Positions 1 through 14,291 of a stretch of DNA of 64,000 nucleotides are shown piece by piece. Origin of the DNA: Trichoplax sp. H2 (lineage: Eukaryota); NCBI GenBank assembly GCA_003344405.1, contig NOWV01000010.1, positions 310,001-374,000 of the forward strand, read 5' to 3'. Position 1 is the stretch's first letter; the number at the start of each line of letters is the position of its first letter. A program made the translations under genes and the position numbers. The notes beneath the pieces were generated by a model, which saw only the letters and a program-made list of their open reading frames with translations, ran no database searches and was not told the origin of the DNA.

Positions 1-1813
1 GATAATCATTTTTTTAAATTAATTCGATGTTCGTACAACATTCCAAAAGTGCATTGGTAATGGATTTACTTGCAAGGTACTTAAATGTAACGTGAAAGAT
101 TAGTGACAACTATAATATAATCTGAAAGAACTGCTTTATAACTAATTGTATTAGTTAGCGTGATTGTGCATTTTCTAGTAGCACACGCGTATTTGCAATA
201 TGACTAGTTGTCTAGCAAGTAATTGACAGTATTGTATTAGTCCATAAAAATACTATCTCAATGCTATGTACAGAATTTTATTTTACAGGACATTATTGAT
301 TGATTGATATAAGTTCTTAGTTAATGCAATGGTACACAGTATTAATAGTAGATATTACGATATCATAGGAAGTAGCATCAACATGCAGTGCTAACTCGAA
401 ATCTTTCGAAGTAAATAGTCGCTTGTTGAAAATTGACAATAGTATTCCTACAACGTAGTAATAAGATTCAGATCTTGTTGGCTGCAGTAAAAATTCCGTA
501 GCAAGTTGTATAATATTGCTCCAGACAGCAATCTAACGTAACAGAAGTTATTTAAAATTCCAGAGTAATTCGTATAGTATCAGACAAAATTCCTATTATA
601 TGGGTAATGCAAATTTTTTGTCAATTTAACTTACGACTACTGTTGACCAGTTTCTTTGTGGTACTACAATGTTATAATTGAAATTAGATTTTAACTCATT
701 TGGTCATGGTTCCTTCCATTTTTACAGTACTTTATCGTAGCTGGATTAGTTTAGCGATATTTCTGACAACTTTAACCAACACACTAAAGATATAAATTTA
801 TAATAACATTATTAAAATGAATTTTAGAGCCGACTGATTACTATGCAAATCAGACGGGTATTCTTTTATTGGGCTGTAGTTTACATTATTATAGGATAGC
901 TATTAGGCTTTTATCCATTAATTGGTAGTACTATACCGAGAGAGCTATTTTAACAGTAAAATGTAGTAGATAACAAACTGAAAATACCGGAATGTGATCA
1001 TAGTTTGTCTGCTCTTTTGTTTTAGTTGACAGCATTAGCATATTATCTTATGTTACTATCGGTGTTATTGAAAAAAGTAAACTAATCGATTATATCGTTA
1101 TTGATTGAAATTTTGTCAAATACTTTAATTTAATGCCTCTAATGGTGTAATTATTTATTACTAGTCTAACACCCTGCTCGTAATACTTCGCATACGTATT
1201 TACTAACCCAATGTTTTAATTCCTTAGCATCCGTACTCATTTCTGACATCGTTATTAACAATGATAGCTAATAGTTCATTTCTTGCGAGTAGATGTTACC
1301 TTATCCAATATTGATTACGAACGATGAATGCAGTGTTGCACAGTAGTAAAATTAGTCATAGTATGTAGCATATTGGTACACTGGCTTTGTGCAGATATTC
1401 GCAACTAATATTCGCATGATGCATTATGCAGCTTTTAGTTAAACTGACTATGCTACAGAAGTTAAAATGCAACAGTAGTTTTATGTAGTCGCTATTACGT
1501 GGCCATGACATGTAATATCCAATTACTTTAGAATCGAATAAAAGATAAACAATTTTGTTAACGTAAATATGAAGCAGTGCATATGCCCAAAAATGATTAT
1601 TGTAGATAATAATTAATATAATACTGCACTGTAGCGCCAACTGCAGTGCTTTATACGTCGTGATTTGTAGTAACTGCCGCACACAGTTGAATGCTATCCA
1701 TCGCTTACAAAATATGTATCAGTAGTATGAAATTGAAAAAGTTTTACACCATTCAAACCAAGTCGAAATAGCGTTATATTGTATTAATGGTGAGTACTAT
1801 TGCAATTATTAGA

Positions 1814-4800
1814 ATGTCCATGGATTCCTATAACGGGACATCGGATAATCATACGAACTTGGATGTCCAACATCATGTCAATCGGCGTAGTTCTTTCCTG
1901 TATAAAAATGATGAGAAGGATTCTCATCATAGCCCAAGACCCGGATCGAGATCCTCTTCATTTTCAATGGAAAGGTATCATCAATTAGATTTTTTGTTGT
2001 TATTATTATCTATAATTAATATATATAATATATATATGTATATATGTAATACGGTATTTAATTATCTTAAATTATAGGATAGAAGAGAAAATTGTAACTC
2101 CTTTTGCTCAGGTATAACCTACATCTTGTTTTAATATTAGCTTTCAATTTATGGTTATGCATTGTGCTTTATTTATTTCGGTAACCAAATTATTAATTTT
2201 TGTCATAGATATTTTATAATAATTAAAAAAGTAAAGGTAGTTTGTAAACTGATCTCACATTTTGTCATCGTAGGTTATGCAAACACTAGGAAGCATTAGG
2301 GATAACTTCGTAATTTTAACGAAACTTCAAATCGACAAGTATGTGATACGAATTAAAATTTTGTAGTTATATTGTATAGTATTATGATGCTATAATTTTT
2401 TTTATCAATTTTACTATAATATTTTAGGAGGAGAGGATCACTTGGTGGGGCAGCTGCTGCAGCACATGTTGTACCTAGAATGTTTCATACTGACAAAAAT
2501 TATAGAAAGGTATAGTTTTGTTTGTTATATTATAACATTTGCCAATCTATAAGCAGAGTATAAGCTATAATATAACAAATTTTGCAGTTGGCATTAGACA
2601 CCCTGCAAAATTTTGATTGGTGTCTGGAACAACTCCAATCTCTTCAAGTACATAAATCAGTCAGCAATATGGCTTCCAGTAAGGTGTGTTAGGAAAATAA
2701 TAATGAATCTATAAGATTTAATTAAATTCATGATGCTGATTGCATCTTTTCCTATGTTTTTAGTTCAGGAAGTTACTTGCTCAAGAGTTAACTCATTTCT
2801 CCGATGCTAGCAAATCTGGAACTCAAGTATCTCAATACTTAAGCAAGACTTTCCTGAGTGCGTATAGATCGATGGTTACAACATCGTAGAGTGCAATTTC
2901 TAAATATGTTTATGATATTGTTTGTGATGTAGCTTCAGATGAAAACGAGACGGATATGGACGTATCTTCACAGGATGGGAAGTCTAAAATACAGGAGCTG
3001 TCACAGATAACGGTTAAAAAGTCCCCTCGCATACCACAAATGTCTAAACCTGTTTCACGGTTATTTCTTAAGCTTCTAATTTATGATATATTTGTGTTTG
3101 TATAGTAAAGTAATTTAATTACTAATAATTATTCAACATAATCAATGTATCACAGATTTGGAGTAAATGATGTCGATGAGAGGGCTCTCAGTAAGGTTGG
3201 CAAATTTATTACTGTAGAAAATTCTTTTGTACATTAAATTCTAAAGTTATTGACTATATTTAAATTATTTAATAGTTTTTTTGCTAATTCAAAGATAATT
3301 TTAATTTTAAAAGTGTATGAAAAAAATTGATCAGTGGGGACTGGAAGTATTTGAAGTCAATCAGCTCACTAATGGTAGACCATTGACATGTGTCACTTAC
3401 ATGATTTTACAGGTATCAACTGCATTTTTTGGAATATTTAATTATTAATAATTGTCATCATTTATTTAATTATAATTCTACTTTTAAATGCAGAAAAGAA
3501 ATTTTCTCGAAACTTTTAAAATTCCTGTCCCCACCTTATTACGATATATTGGTACTGTGGAAGTGAGTATAATTTCGATAAATGCGATAGACGAAATCTG
3601 TTGTAAAGTTTACATTTTGTCGAATCATATTGTAGAAACACTACCGAAAAGAAAACTACTATCACAATAACATTCATGCAGCTGATGTTGCACAATCCGT
3701 ACATGTTCTGCTCTCTTCCCCAGTTTTATCGGTAGGATAATTTGATAGATACCGTAATTGATAGTATATAACAACCTACAAAAATCAAAACGCTAACTTA
3801 TGATATTATTCGGAATACAGAGTGTATTTACCGACCTAGAAATATTGGCTGCAATATTTGCCGGCGCAATTCATGACGTTAATCATCCCGGACTGAATAA
3901 TCAATTTTTAATACAAACTAGTAAATACTGTCTTAATATGAATCAAAATTAATAACCTGTAATACTATTCGTGCTTACTCATCGAAAATACTCTAAAAAT
4001 TATTATATTTTAGTGTCAGAATTAGCAATTATCTATAACGATGTATCCGTACTAGAAAATCATCACCTTGCTATGGCTTTCAAACTTTTACAGGTTAAAA
4101 TATTTAGAGATTGAATGATTTAGTGTAACATAATCCGTAGTAGGATTCGTATTTAACTGTTAGTATTTTAATTTGTTAATTTTAGAACGATGGGTGCGAT
4201 ATCTTTGCTAATCTTTCAAAGAAAGAAAGGCAGTCATTAAGAAAAATGGTTATCGATATGGTATGTGTTGTTTAATTCCATCAAACACTGAATCCATTAT
4301 AATAAGAAATTTGCTCTTTATTAGGTTCTGGCAACAGATATGTCAAAGCATATGTCTTTATTGGCTGATCTGCGAACTATGGTAGAAGCTCACAAGTTTT
4401 CGAAAGGCATTTCGCTTTCCATAAATAACTATTCTGACAGGATAAAAGTAAGTTACAAGTTGTTTTAAGTTGATGGTAAATTGGCGTGAATAGATCTTAA
4501 TATTATTCGCAATAATAGATTTTGCAATGTTGCGTTCATTGTGCGGATTTAAGCAACCCAACTAAACCGTTACATCTTTACAAAGAATGGGTTAAGAGGG
4601 TCTTAGAAGAGTGTTGGTGTCAGGTATATTTATTTGTTTAATACATAAAATTTCAGTTTTAATATTTGTATTTCTGTATTGATATATATATATATCTTTA
4701 ACAATTACGACATAGGGTGATAAAGAAAGAAATTTAGGATTAGCTGTTAGCCCAATGATGGATCGGCACAGTGTCTCTGTTGAAAAGTCTCAGGTATGCC

Positions 4801-5634
4801 ATAATTTATAATTTTTTGAAACGATACTGAATTTAGGTAATTGATGATAAACCATCGATTTCAAAACTTAACATTCCATATCTTTCGAAGCTTATTCTTT
4901 TATTACGGAATTTGTTTCTTAATTAGGTTGGATTTATTGATTTCATCGTTCAACCTTTGTGGGAAACCTGGGCAGATCTGGTTTATCCTGATGCGAATAA
5001 AATTTTAGACGCTTTACAAGAAAACCGAGATTACTTCAATTCGAAAATCTTAACTAGCCCATCCATGGAGTAAGGAATTACAAAAATCACTTTATTGTGG
5101 AGCTATTAATAACAGAAGTAGTTATCATCTATTACTATTTTATATTTGGAAGGGTACTTAGGCCTACAGTTTGCTACCTAAGTCAACACTTTCTTATAAA
5201 CGAAAGTTTTGCTTTGTAGTAATGAACGAGGATATTGTAATTATCCAATCTTATGAAATTTTTGGTATCTTATTTACATTAGGCAAACTACCAAAGATGT
5301 ACCTCAAGTAGATAACCTTGAAAAAGAGTCCCTTAATGATAACGATACTAATATTAAATTTACATTTACCGGATCATCCAACAACAATGACGATAGCGAA
5401 ACGATATCTAATGATGAATTGGATGATGAGTCAACTGAAAATGACAAAACCAGTAACGAATCCCGCAGAATGGAGTCGGATACTATTGTTTCGAAAACGG
5501 AGTCAAGTATTACTTATCATTTAAGCGATGAAGTGATTCAGAGACTTCGTAGATTAAGCAATGACGCATTACATGATGTGGAAGATTGCGATGAAACAGG
5601 TGATTTTTACGTTGAGGAATCCGCAGCGACCTAA
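1814..5634 (+). CDS. PDE4: cAMP-specific 3',5'-cyclic phosphodiesterase 4 (PDE4/dunce family), long form, ~19 coding exons
   Basis: Hand-spliced GT-AG exons (1814-1974, 2078-2111, 2274-2338, 2428-2509, 2588-2683, 2764-2857 ... 5283-5634). They give UCR1 ([26 protein letters not shown]) and UCR2 ([17 protein letters not shown]...[35 protein letters not shown]). Catalytic motifs follow: [10 protein letters not shown] (~3660), [14 protein letters not shown] (~3870), [28 protein letters not shown] and [20 protein letters not shown]. An acidic tail ends at the stop at 5634. An acceptor precedes 1813, so upstream exons may exist. Confidence 0.95.
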
Positions 5635-7772
5635 ATACCGTTTACAACTCCCTAAGTAGGCATTGTACAGATCGAATAAAGTTATAATTGTTTAGTATCA
5701 AGTTAGATTGTAGAATGCAGTAATTTCTGAAAATTTTTTAATAATGAAAATCTTGTATATCATAGAGTTATGTACCGTGAAATAACTTTAGATATTCTGT
5801 CGTAATTTTAAGTAATTAGTTTTCGTCTAACAAATATTATATGCTTGTTCATATCGGCAAACTATAACACCTATGATACCAGATAAATGATGTAAGAAAT
5901 TAATATTGTTATTGCGGTATCACGCTGCATATTTCATTACATTTTTGTTCTCCGATGTAAAATAAGGAATGTTGGATTGTTTTCTACAATTATGTTGTGG
6001 ATGTAGTAAAAACTAATTTGTATGCTGTAAATTACTAATATATGGAAGATGAAGTAACTTTTTGTAATTTTTAATTTTAAGATGAAATTTGTTCCATAGT
6101 TTATTGGATTATAGTTGTTGTTTTGCAACTTGCTAATTTTTCTTAAATGTTATGTCGCTATTTCAATGTCGAATGATAAAGCTAGTTTAGAAATTGTTGT
6201 TTAATCTTCCTAAATATGTAAGTGTTAAGCACAGCGATCTGATTACTGTGATATATCAAAATCTTGCTATGATCGTTAGTATGAGGTATTTACAAAGATC
6301 AAGTCGGTTAATTATTGTATAAATAATAACTTCAGAAGTACAATTATTATTTGGCAGCTTATATTTAGGCTACCTTGGCAACAATTCAACAGGTTTTGCA
6401 ATATTTTTAGTGATTACATTACCTTCAGCATGACCAAATTCTGAATGTTTTTATATACTAATGAGATAGTTATTAATATCTTTACTAATCGTTTTTTATG
6501 CTCCTTTATTGTTAATGTAATTTCCAAATCTGCCATTGACGTTTAGGTAATGACAAACTAAATTGCCTAGGACATGTCAAATGGGTGACTTGTTGTAGAT
6601 GCACTATAACACGATTTGAAGACAATAAAAAAGTAAACATTAAATGCGTCATTGTATAAATATTCCTATTCGCTATTACGACAATACTGCATGATCAACT
6701 TTAGCTTTACTAGCTTTCTGCAGTCACGGCCTGTTAAATGAAATTTAATGGTAAGGAGAGGATGTAAATAATTATTGGGCTAGAGTAAGATTAGATCACG
6801 GTTAGGTGGATATATTTTGTCCTTCTTATTAATTTAAACAGCTAGCCACATACGACTATATCATAATATTGCCAACAATGTAACTGATTATACTAGGCAA
6901 TCGAGGGTAAAATAAATTTTTATAGACAATAAGTTACTATTATCATACAAATTGCATCATTCAATTATATATATAGTTACTTAATTATAGCAATCCACAG
7001 CGGAAATACAGCTCATGTTAATTTTGCAATATATGAACGGAACAGCTAAATAATGGAATGTAATTATAAATTTCTATTAGTAACATAAATACAAAAGCAG
7101 AATAACTTAATTCAATCATCCGAGAATTATGATTTATTAATTAGTTAATTATAATAATATATATATACAGTGAATACAGTTAAAGTAGAAAGTTAGAGAT
7201 AAGAATAATGATAAATAATTTCGTAATTACTTTGTTTTCTAAACTCAATCTTCAAGATCAGTTTTAAGATAATAATTATCATCTAAATTATAAGTCGAAA
7301 ATATTTTAAAATAGTTTCAGTACGTATATTGGAATAACCGTTATAATTGACATCTTTAGGTGATCTCTTTCGATAAAATGCCTAAATAATATGTTTGGTT
7401 CTTAAAAATTTAGATTTCGAATTTGTATCATTTTCCTTTAGATAAGCTTCTACTGAAGAGTAGAATAATTACTTAGATAGATGATTTTATAGCCGGTACT
7501 TCATTTAGCAATCAATTTTAAGTGGTTTAATAAATATAGCCTATTGCATGTGTATACAACATACGTTAAATACGAGTCGTACACCTATGCGGTGAATTTT
7601 AACTACATATATCGACAGTATGTATATATCTTTAATAAATACATATATAATTATGTATGAAACTGATAGTATTAGGCAGTGTTAAGGCTGCCTCATTAAG
7701 TAGTAATTACCAATTTTGTGAAATGACAAACCGGATTATGAAACTGTTGAAATTGACGGATTTACTAATGCT

Positions 7773-10700
7773 TTAGCAGCATCGACAAAAGTTGAGACAA
7801 TGTTTAAGTTCTTTTGTATAACCTTCAATAGCTTCAGCAACCGTAAGGTGTCCTTTCTCTATCGCTATACGATATGGCGTCTTATCTTCCTGTAAGATTT
7901 TCAAGATATATTAAATTGATTCTACTTAGAAAGTTTTCTGTTGCGGTTTATAAGAAATAAACATAACTGATTTGATTAATTTATTGATGCAACTGAAAGA
8001 ATCTTAAATTTATTTATACGTGTACTTACTACTTCAGTAAATGATAAAATATACTAATGATAAACGTTATGAATATAACTTTGCAGTAATAATAATTCTT
8101 TAAAGTATTTTTATTAGCATTACATTTGAATGTATACTTTGATATGCGAGTCGCTCAATTTACATCTAAAATAAGGGCATTGTGCTTTGTAGCAGACTCA
8201 CATGGTCTTTTAAATCTTGCGCTGCGCCATTATTAAGCAGTATAGATACTATTTCTAAATTTCCATAAAAAGCAGCAATATGCAATGGTGTTTTTCCATC
8301 CTGTTTATACATATGTTGAACATGCTTTTAAATTATATTATAAGACAGCCATTGTTATAGTAGAACTAGTAATACGAATGAAAGCAAGAAATAATAGTAA
8401 AAGTGTACAATTGCATTTCATAAATAGTTTGGCCGAATAAATAAACTCCAAGTGGATAAGATAAATCTATAACGATTAAATTACTTTTAATAATAAAATA
8501 TTGAACTGAAGTATAGCCTCCAAAGGTCATCATTTTGGCAATAAAACCAAATTACTTGTACAAAAAAGTCAGTCTTTCATAGTCCAAATATGATCTCGAA
8601 TTGTATATAAACTTATTACGTAGAAGCAACTATACTCATTTTGCTAAATTAAACGGCAACAGAAATCAACGAAATCAGTACATAATAAGTCTTGTAACTG
8701 ATTTTGTAGTCAACAATTATAGTTACTCAAATTTTGTATAGTTACCTAGTAATTACGCATTTATATTATATATTTCTTTTGATATTGTTTGATTTGATAG
8801 CATTAAAATTTATACTAGCGCTAGAAATGTTATAACACTTAACATTGATAGGTATCGATAAAAATGTACTTCTATTATATGAACCGAATATTTTAATTAT
8901 TTAAAACGAAAATTTGATATGCTTCACTAAAATGACGATTTTACGAGACAAGACAAAAGATATAAATAGTTATTTTTTAAAATATTACCTTGCTAACTAT
9001 ATTACAGTTTGCTCCTTCTTTTATTAGTAGTTTTATTATTTCACTACGTTCTCGAATTGCAGCGAAGTGTAAAGCTGAATTTCCATCCTGTAGATTTCAG
9101 ATGATGAAAATAAGAATGGTGTGTTATAATGGTAAGTATGACAGATAAACATGTCATTAAGCCGCAGAATTTAATCAATTAATAATAAAATAATTGCATT
9201 TTAGCATTACTATATATTGAAAATAAATATTAACTTTAATTTACTTGTAGAAACTAAGTACATAGATACAACAGTCGCATACATCATTGACGGCATTAAC
9301 ATTGGCCTTGTTATTGCATAATAATTCAACCATATTTATAAAACCCTTATTTGTGGCTTCAAGCAAAGCAGTACAATTTTCCTAGAAGTTGAAAAGTTAA
9401 TAAATTTCAACAGACTTAAAATAAAATAGCTTATATCTTCATAAAATCATCAGGAATTTCTGATAAACAACAACAAATCAGATAGTAACAAGATTTCAAA
9501 GGAAGATCACAATGCCTTTTATGCTATAATTGTATAGAACTATCGATAAAATTTCTAAAATCATCCATTATTACCGTATATAAGTTATATCATGATTAAA
9601 ATTGTAGCAAATCGCTCCTTGTTACATAACTTGCAATGATGCATTTCAAATAATGAGGAATAAGGGTATACGATGGATTTTAAATTTGCACTGATAAAAT
9701 AGTGTATATGCAATTTCAATTTGATCATTTTATGTTGGGGTTTATAATCCTTCACAATCATTGGAATTAGATAGCTTAATCTTAAAATTTAACTAACCCC
9801 ATCACATGTATCGACTTCAGCACCATTATGTAATAAAATAGAGGCCACTTCGACATGTCCACAACTAGCAGCAGTAAATAACGGACTTGTATGGAATCTC
9901 TATAGAGATATTAGAAAGGATAAATTTACACAGCTATCGTAATTGTTATTATTTTTTATCCTAATTGCAGCATATATTAGTGTACTGAAGTATTTTTGAT
10001 AAGAAGTTTGTCCATTACGCGTTATTAAAATCTAAATCGGAGGGAAAAAATACTATATGTACAATTATACATATACACTTACTTAAAATATTGCTAGTGT
10101 TATATTCGTATCTAGTACAAGTTATAGGCAATAAACAAGATAACTAGAGCCGGTGCCCGAAGGGACCTTTGTGAGTATCTTATACATGTCTAATGAACTT
10201 ACATCTAACGTATTGACATTTGCCCCTTTCGCTAATAGCTCTGAGGTAATTTCAGCATAGCCAAGTGTAACTGCCATCTTTAGTGGAGTATCTTTCTTCT
10301 GTAAAGATAACATTGTAAGAATATGACATATCAAAAATTAATCATTCTTTGTTTCTATACATAATTTGTTGCTTAATGCAATATTTTGTAATTTTTTATC
10401 TATTTAATATAGTTTAAGTTCCATTTTATTCACTAATGATCTTTTGCCAATTGAGACTATATACAATATTCTATGCATCAACATTGGATAATTTTGCTTA
10501 AAAATCTTGCACTGTCAGGCAATAATTTAAATCCTTTACTTACTCCCTTATATAAGCAATATTGCCATACTGATACTTACTTCGTCACGAGCACTATGAT
10601 TTGCGCTATGTTGTAGTAGTAATCGGACAATTTCAAATCTATTCAATGCGACAGCAAAATGGAGAGCAGTCTTCTTATCCTATAAGATTTATAACATTTA

Positions 10701-13700
10701 TGATTTAGTGACTAAATTTGTAATATTAATTAATATATGTGTATTATAGCTTTTATACAAACAAAGAATTTAAATAAGTTTATTAGAAGATAAAAATTTA
10801 AGGATAGGCGAGTTTAATTACTAGAACTCAATTTAAAATATCTGCTCTTAATATAGACTTGCAATTTGCAATTAATTTATTACTAGCATAAATATGATCG
10901 GCGAAATCAGAATTGTATTCTGAATAATAAATCCGTTATATTTTGGCACACAGATTTTAAAATAATAGATCTAAATCACAAGAAGCACTTAATTTGATCA
11001 TATTGTAGCGATACTAATCATATCGTGCCTATCTACAGTGCATATGTTAAACGTTAATAGAATAATTGAATAGCAATGAACCACAATAAATATTGCATAA
11101 ATGACAGGAAAAGCAAGTAAAAGAATTAAAGTTGACGCTTTCCAGAGTTACAGTAAAAGCAGATAACAAAAACAGCTAGCATTGCCCATTGCAATAGTCA
11201 ATTTTTTCGTTATTATGTTTTTTAGTAATTTGAATCGTCATTTATACTCGTTTGTACCATAACTACCTGAGAATGATCGCACAGTAATGTATACAAAATT
11301 TCGATTGTCGTACTGTAAAATAGTATAGCTTTTTATTTAGTAAAATTGCAGTAATTTTTAATAAATGATAATTGTAATCTATACCTGCTAGCCATTATAT
11401 TAAATTAAATAAGGAAAAAATAGGATAGAAATTGAGCAACAATGTACACGAGGATGTTTGGGTTATTACTGGAATCTTACTCCTTAGACGTGATCATGCA
11501 ATCATTAACATTCATACTTATAACTTGAGCAAGTTTGTTCATAATTATAATCGACGGAGATGTGGGTTTTAGTCATTCTCGTCTGCAAACAGTTTTTACC
11601 ATCATAAAAAAATTGAGGAAAATCTCATTAAATTTATTGTTCTAATTTTGATTACATCGCTTATCGCTAGCAGTGGGTAAAAATAAGCTTCCTGCAGTAT
11701 ATACACAGTAGATAAAATTATAATTTTATAGTGTGTTCTGTCTGAATAAGCTATTAACTGCTCGTTTTAGTTAAATAAAAGGTAAAAGTAGCTAACATGA
11801 GTTTGATCGTCATTGATCACTTTAATTTAAGATCGTGATCTCTCGACAGATGTTCTATGTGTAGACAAGTTTGGCCAGTGTTATTCGTACTAATGTATTA
11901 TCGACAAGCTAGCGAATACTCATTCCAGTTAAATAAAAGGTAAAAGTACTTAGCATGAGTTTAATCGTCACAGATCGCTTTAAAGATTATGATTTCTCGA
12001 CAGATGTTTTATTCTTAGACAAGTTTGACCACTATTATTCGTACTGGTGTATTATCGACAAGCTATCGACTATTCGTTCCAGTTAATAGTAAATAAAAGG
12101 TGAAATATAGCTAACATAAACTTGATGGTTATTGATCGCTTTTAGATCGTATTCTCTCGACAGATGTTTTATGCGTAGACAAGCTTGGCCAATATTATTT
12201 GTATTAATGTATTATCGGCAAGCTATCGACTAATCGTTCCAGCTGAATATAAGGCAAAAGTATCTAACATGAGTTTGATCGCTACTAAGATCATAAATCT
12301 CTCGATAAATTTTTTATGCTTAGACAAGCTTGGTTAGTGTTATTAATATGATTGTATTAATTATCGACGAGCTATCGACTATTCGTTTCAGATAAATAAA
12401 AGGTAAATGTAGCTACCATGACTTTGATCGCTATTAAGATCATAACCTCTCGACAGATGTGTTATATATAGACAATATTATTCGTACTAATGCATTATCA
12501 GTAAGCTATCGACTGCTCGTTCCAGTTGAATAAAAGGTAAAAGTAGCTAACACGAGTTAGATCGCCATTGATCGCTCAAAGATCACAATCTCCTAACAGA
12601 TGTTTTATGCCTAGGCAAGCTTGGCGATTATTATTCGTACTACTATATTATCATGAATCCACTAATAACATCGTGGTATTAATATAATCGTCTCATATCC
12701 ATGTCATTACGAGCTTTCAAATGCCCAAAGGCCAATTCAAATGGATTAAACAATAACAATATTAAATCAATTGCGAAAAGTAAACGGATATACAAAATTG
12801 GACAAAATCAGTATCGAATTCTACAAGGAAAACAAAATTTTGACAGGAAAAACTTAAACAATACTGTATAATCCAATCAAAAAGTTGTATCATTGAAGCC
12901 TCAACGAAGGCTATGTTGAAGATTGATCAAGGATTATTTTCCTCTTCTAAACAATCGACTTCCATCTATGACATTGATAGAAGGCGAGTAATACTAACCA
13001 CTCTGGTTCTTAATTAATCCTTGTCAGACTATTGTTAAAACAATTAGCATTCTTTACTTTTTGTCAAACCTGTTCGTGGGCGTTAACGTTAGCTCCATAT
13101 TCAATTAGGAGTTTACAAGTTTTAAACCATCCTTTCTCCGTAGCTAACATGAGGGCAGTTTTGCCAACCTAATTAAATATCGTATTACACATTATTAGTG
13201 AGAGAAATAAGAATGTTAAGTATGAAAATTGATCATCAAATACGATGGAAGAATAAGATGGATGGACTACAAAAAATAAGATACACAGCCATTGTCTTGC
13301 TAATGATAGCCAAGAGAAGAGCTGTAGTTGGCGTTATGTTTTACACAATTTTAATTAATCAAACTTTGTTATAGAAAAGTGTCAGCTGTATGTTGTTGAC
13401 TATTTCTTCACTTGTTCTGTGCATCATTATTGCTGATGTGAATATAGATAATTTTAGTTACTTCTACGAGTGAGGAATCGATCATCGCTTTAATTTGTAG
13501 AAGATATTCCTAGCCAATTTTCAAGATGATAAACACTAGTACTCTAGGAATCTACTAGACGAATATAATTAACTGACGATAATTCATAAACTAATCGATT
13601 GTAGTAGCCAATATTGCTACAGATATCAAGTACCGCTGTGTTTAATGTAATACGAATTATCGGGAAGGCCTTGAAATGAAATATCTAATGTCCTATTTAT

Positions 13701-14291
13701 TTGCTCAAACGATCAAATTTATTATTGGGACTAAAGGTCATTGCAACATTGCAATGATTGATAATCTTGTTGCTCGCGATATTATAATTATGATGGTGGA
13801 AACCGAGGAACTTATAGACAATAACTGATTTACCGCTAGACCGATTTTTACCATTAACGTAAATGACGATAACTGTTATTCTTTTATTTATTTTCAATTG
13901 CAACTTTCTAAAATAAAAAGGCGGCGAGAAATTTTGATGATTCATTTTACTATTTGTAAACCCCGGATGTTCGTTTCTCGCGAAGCTATTTTTTTTGTTA
14001 TTCTGATCAACCCTTAAATTTATTAATTATTTATTTATTTTTATATAGAATGAATAACTGCTATTCATTATCAAGATAAGTTTTATTATTTCTTTCTAAA
14101 GTGATTTACAAGAGCATTAATATCTCTTGTATCGCAATGACAGTGGCTACTTTAACTAACTTGAGAAAATGCTATCCTTTTCTTACCGTCCAATTTACAA
14201 TAGTATCTGGGTCTGCTCCATATTTTAGTTGTTTTTCGATATCGACTTCATGATCAGTTTCTTCTGAGATGTTTAAAGCTATCTCAGGTTG
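7773..14291 (-). CDS. Ankyrin-repeat protein (~8-9 repeats, one per exon) with Cys-rich C-terminus; 5' end unresolved
   Basis: Phase-0 exons: 14187-14291, 13070-13168 (VGKTALMLATEKG..GANVN), 10581-10679 (DKKTALHFAV), 10203-10298 (KKDTPLKMAV), 9798-9899 (RFHTSPLFTAAS), 9283-9381 (ENCTALLEAT), 8989-9087 (DGNSALHFAA), 8202-8300 (DGKTPLHIAAFYGNLEIV) and 7773-7889 (EDKTPY...HCLNFCRCC*). All are bounded by GT/AG. The start-codon exon was not confidently found. Confidence 0.9.
11770..12652. repeat. Intronic tandem array, ~6 diverged copies of a ~134-160 bp unit
   Basis: Unit GTTAAATAAAAGGTAAAAGTAGCTAACATGAGTTTGATCG...CTCTCGACAGATGTTTTATG..TAGACAAG...TATTCGTACTAATGTATTATCGACAAGCTATCGAC..TTCCA starts at 11770, 11928, 12082, 12242, 12391 and 12525. 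Confidence 0.95.

Noticed and set aside
2209-2236. Possible poison microexon in the PDE4 intron
   Set aside because: It would leave only a 36-nt downstream intron; AG/GT here is easily chance in AT-rich DNA.
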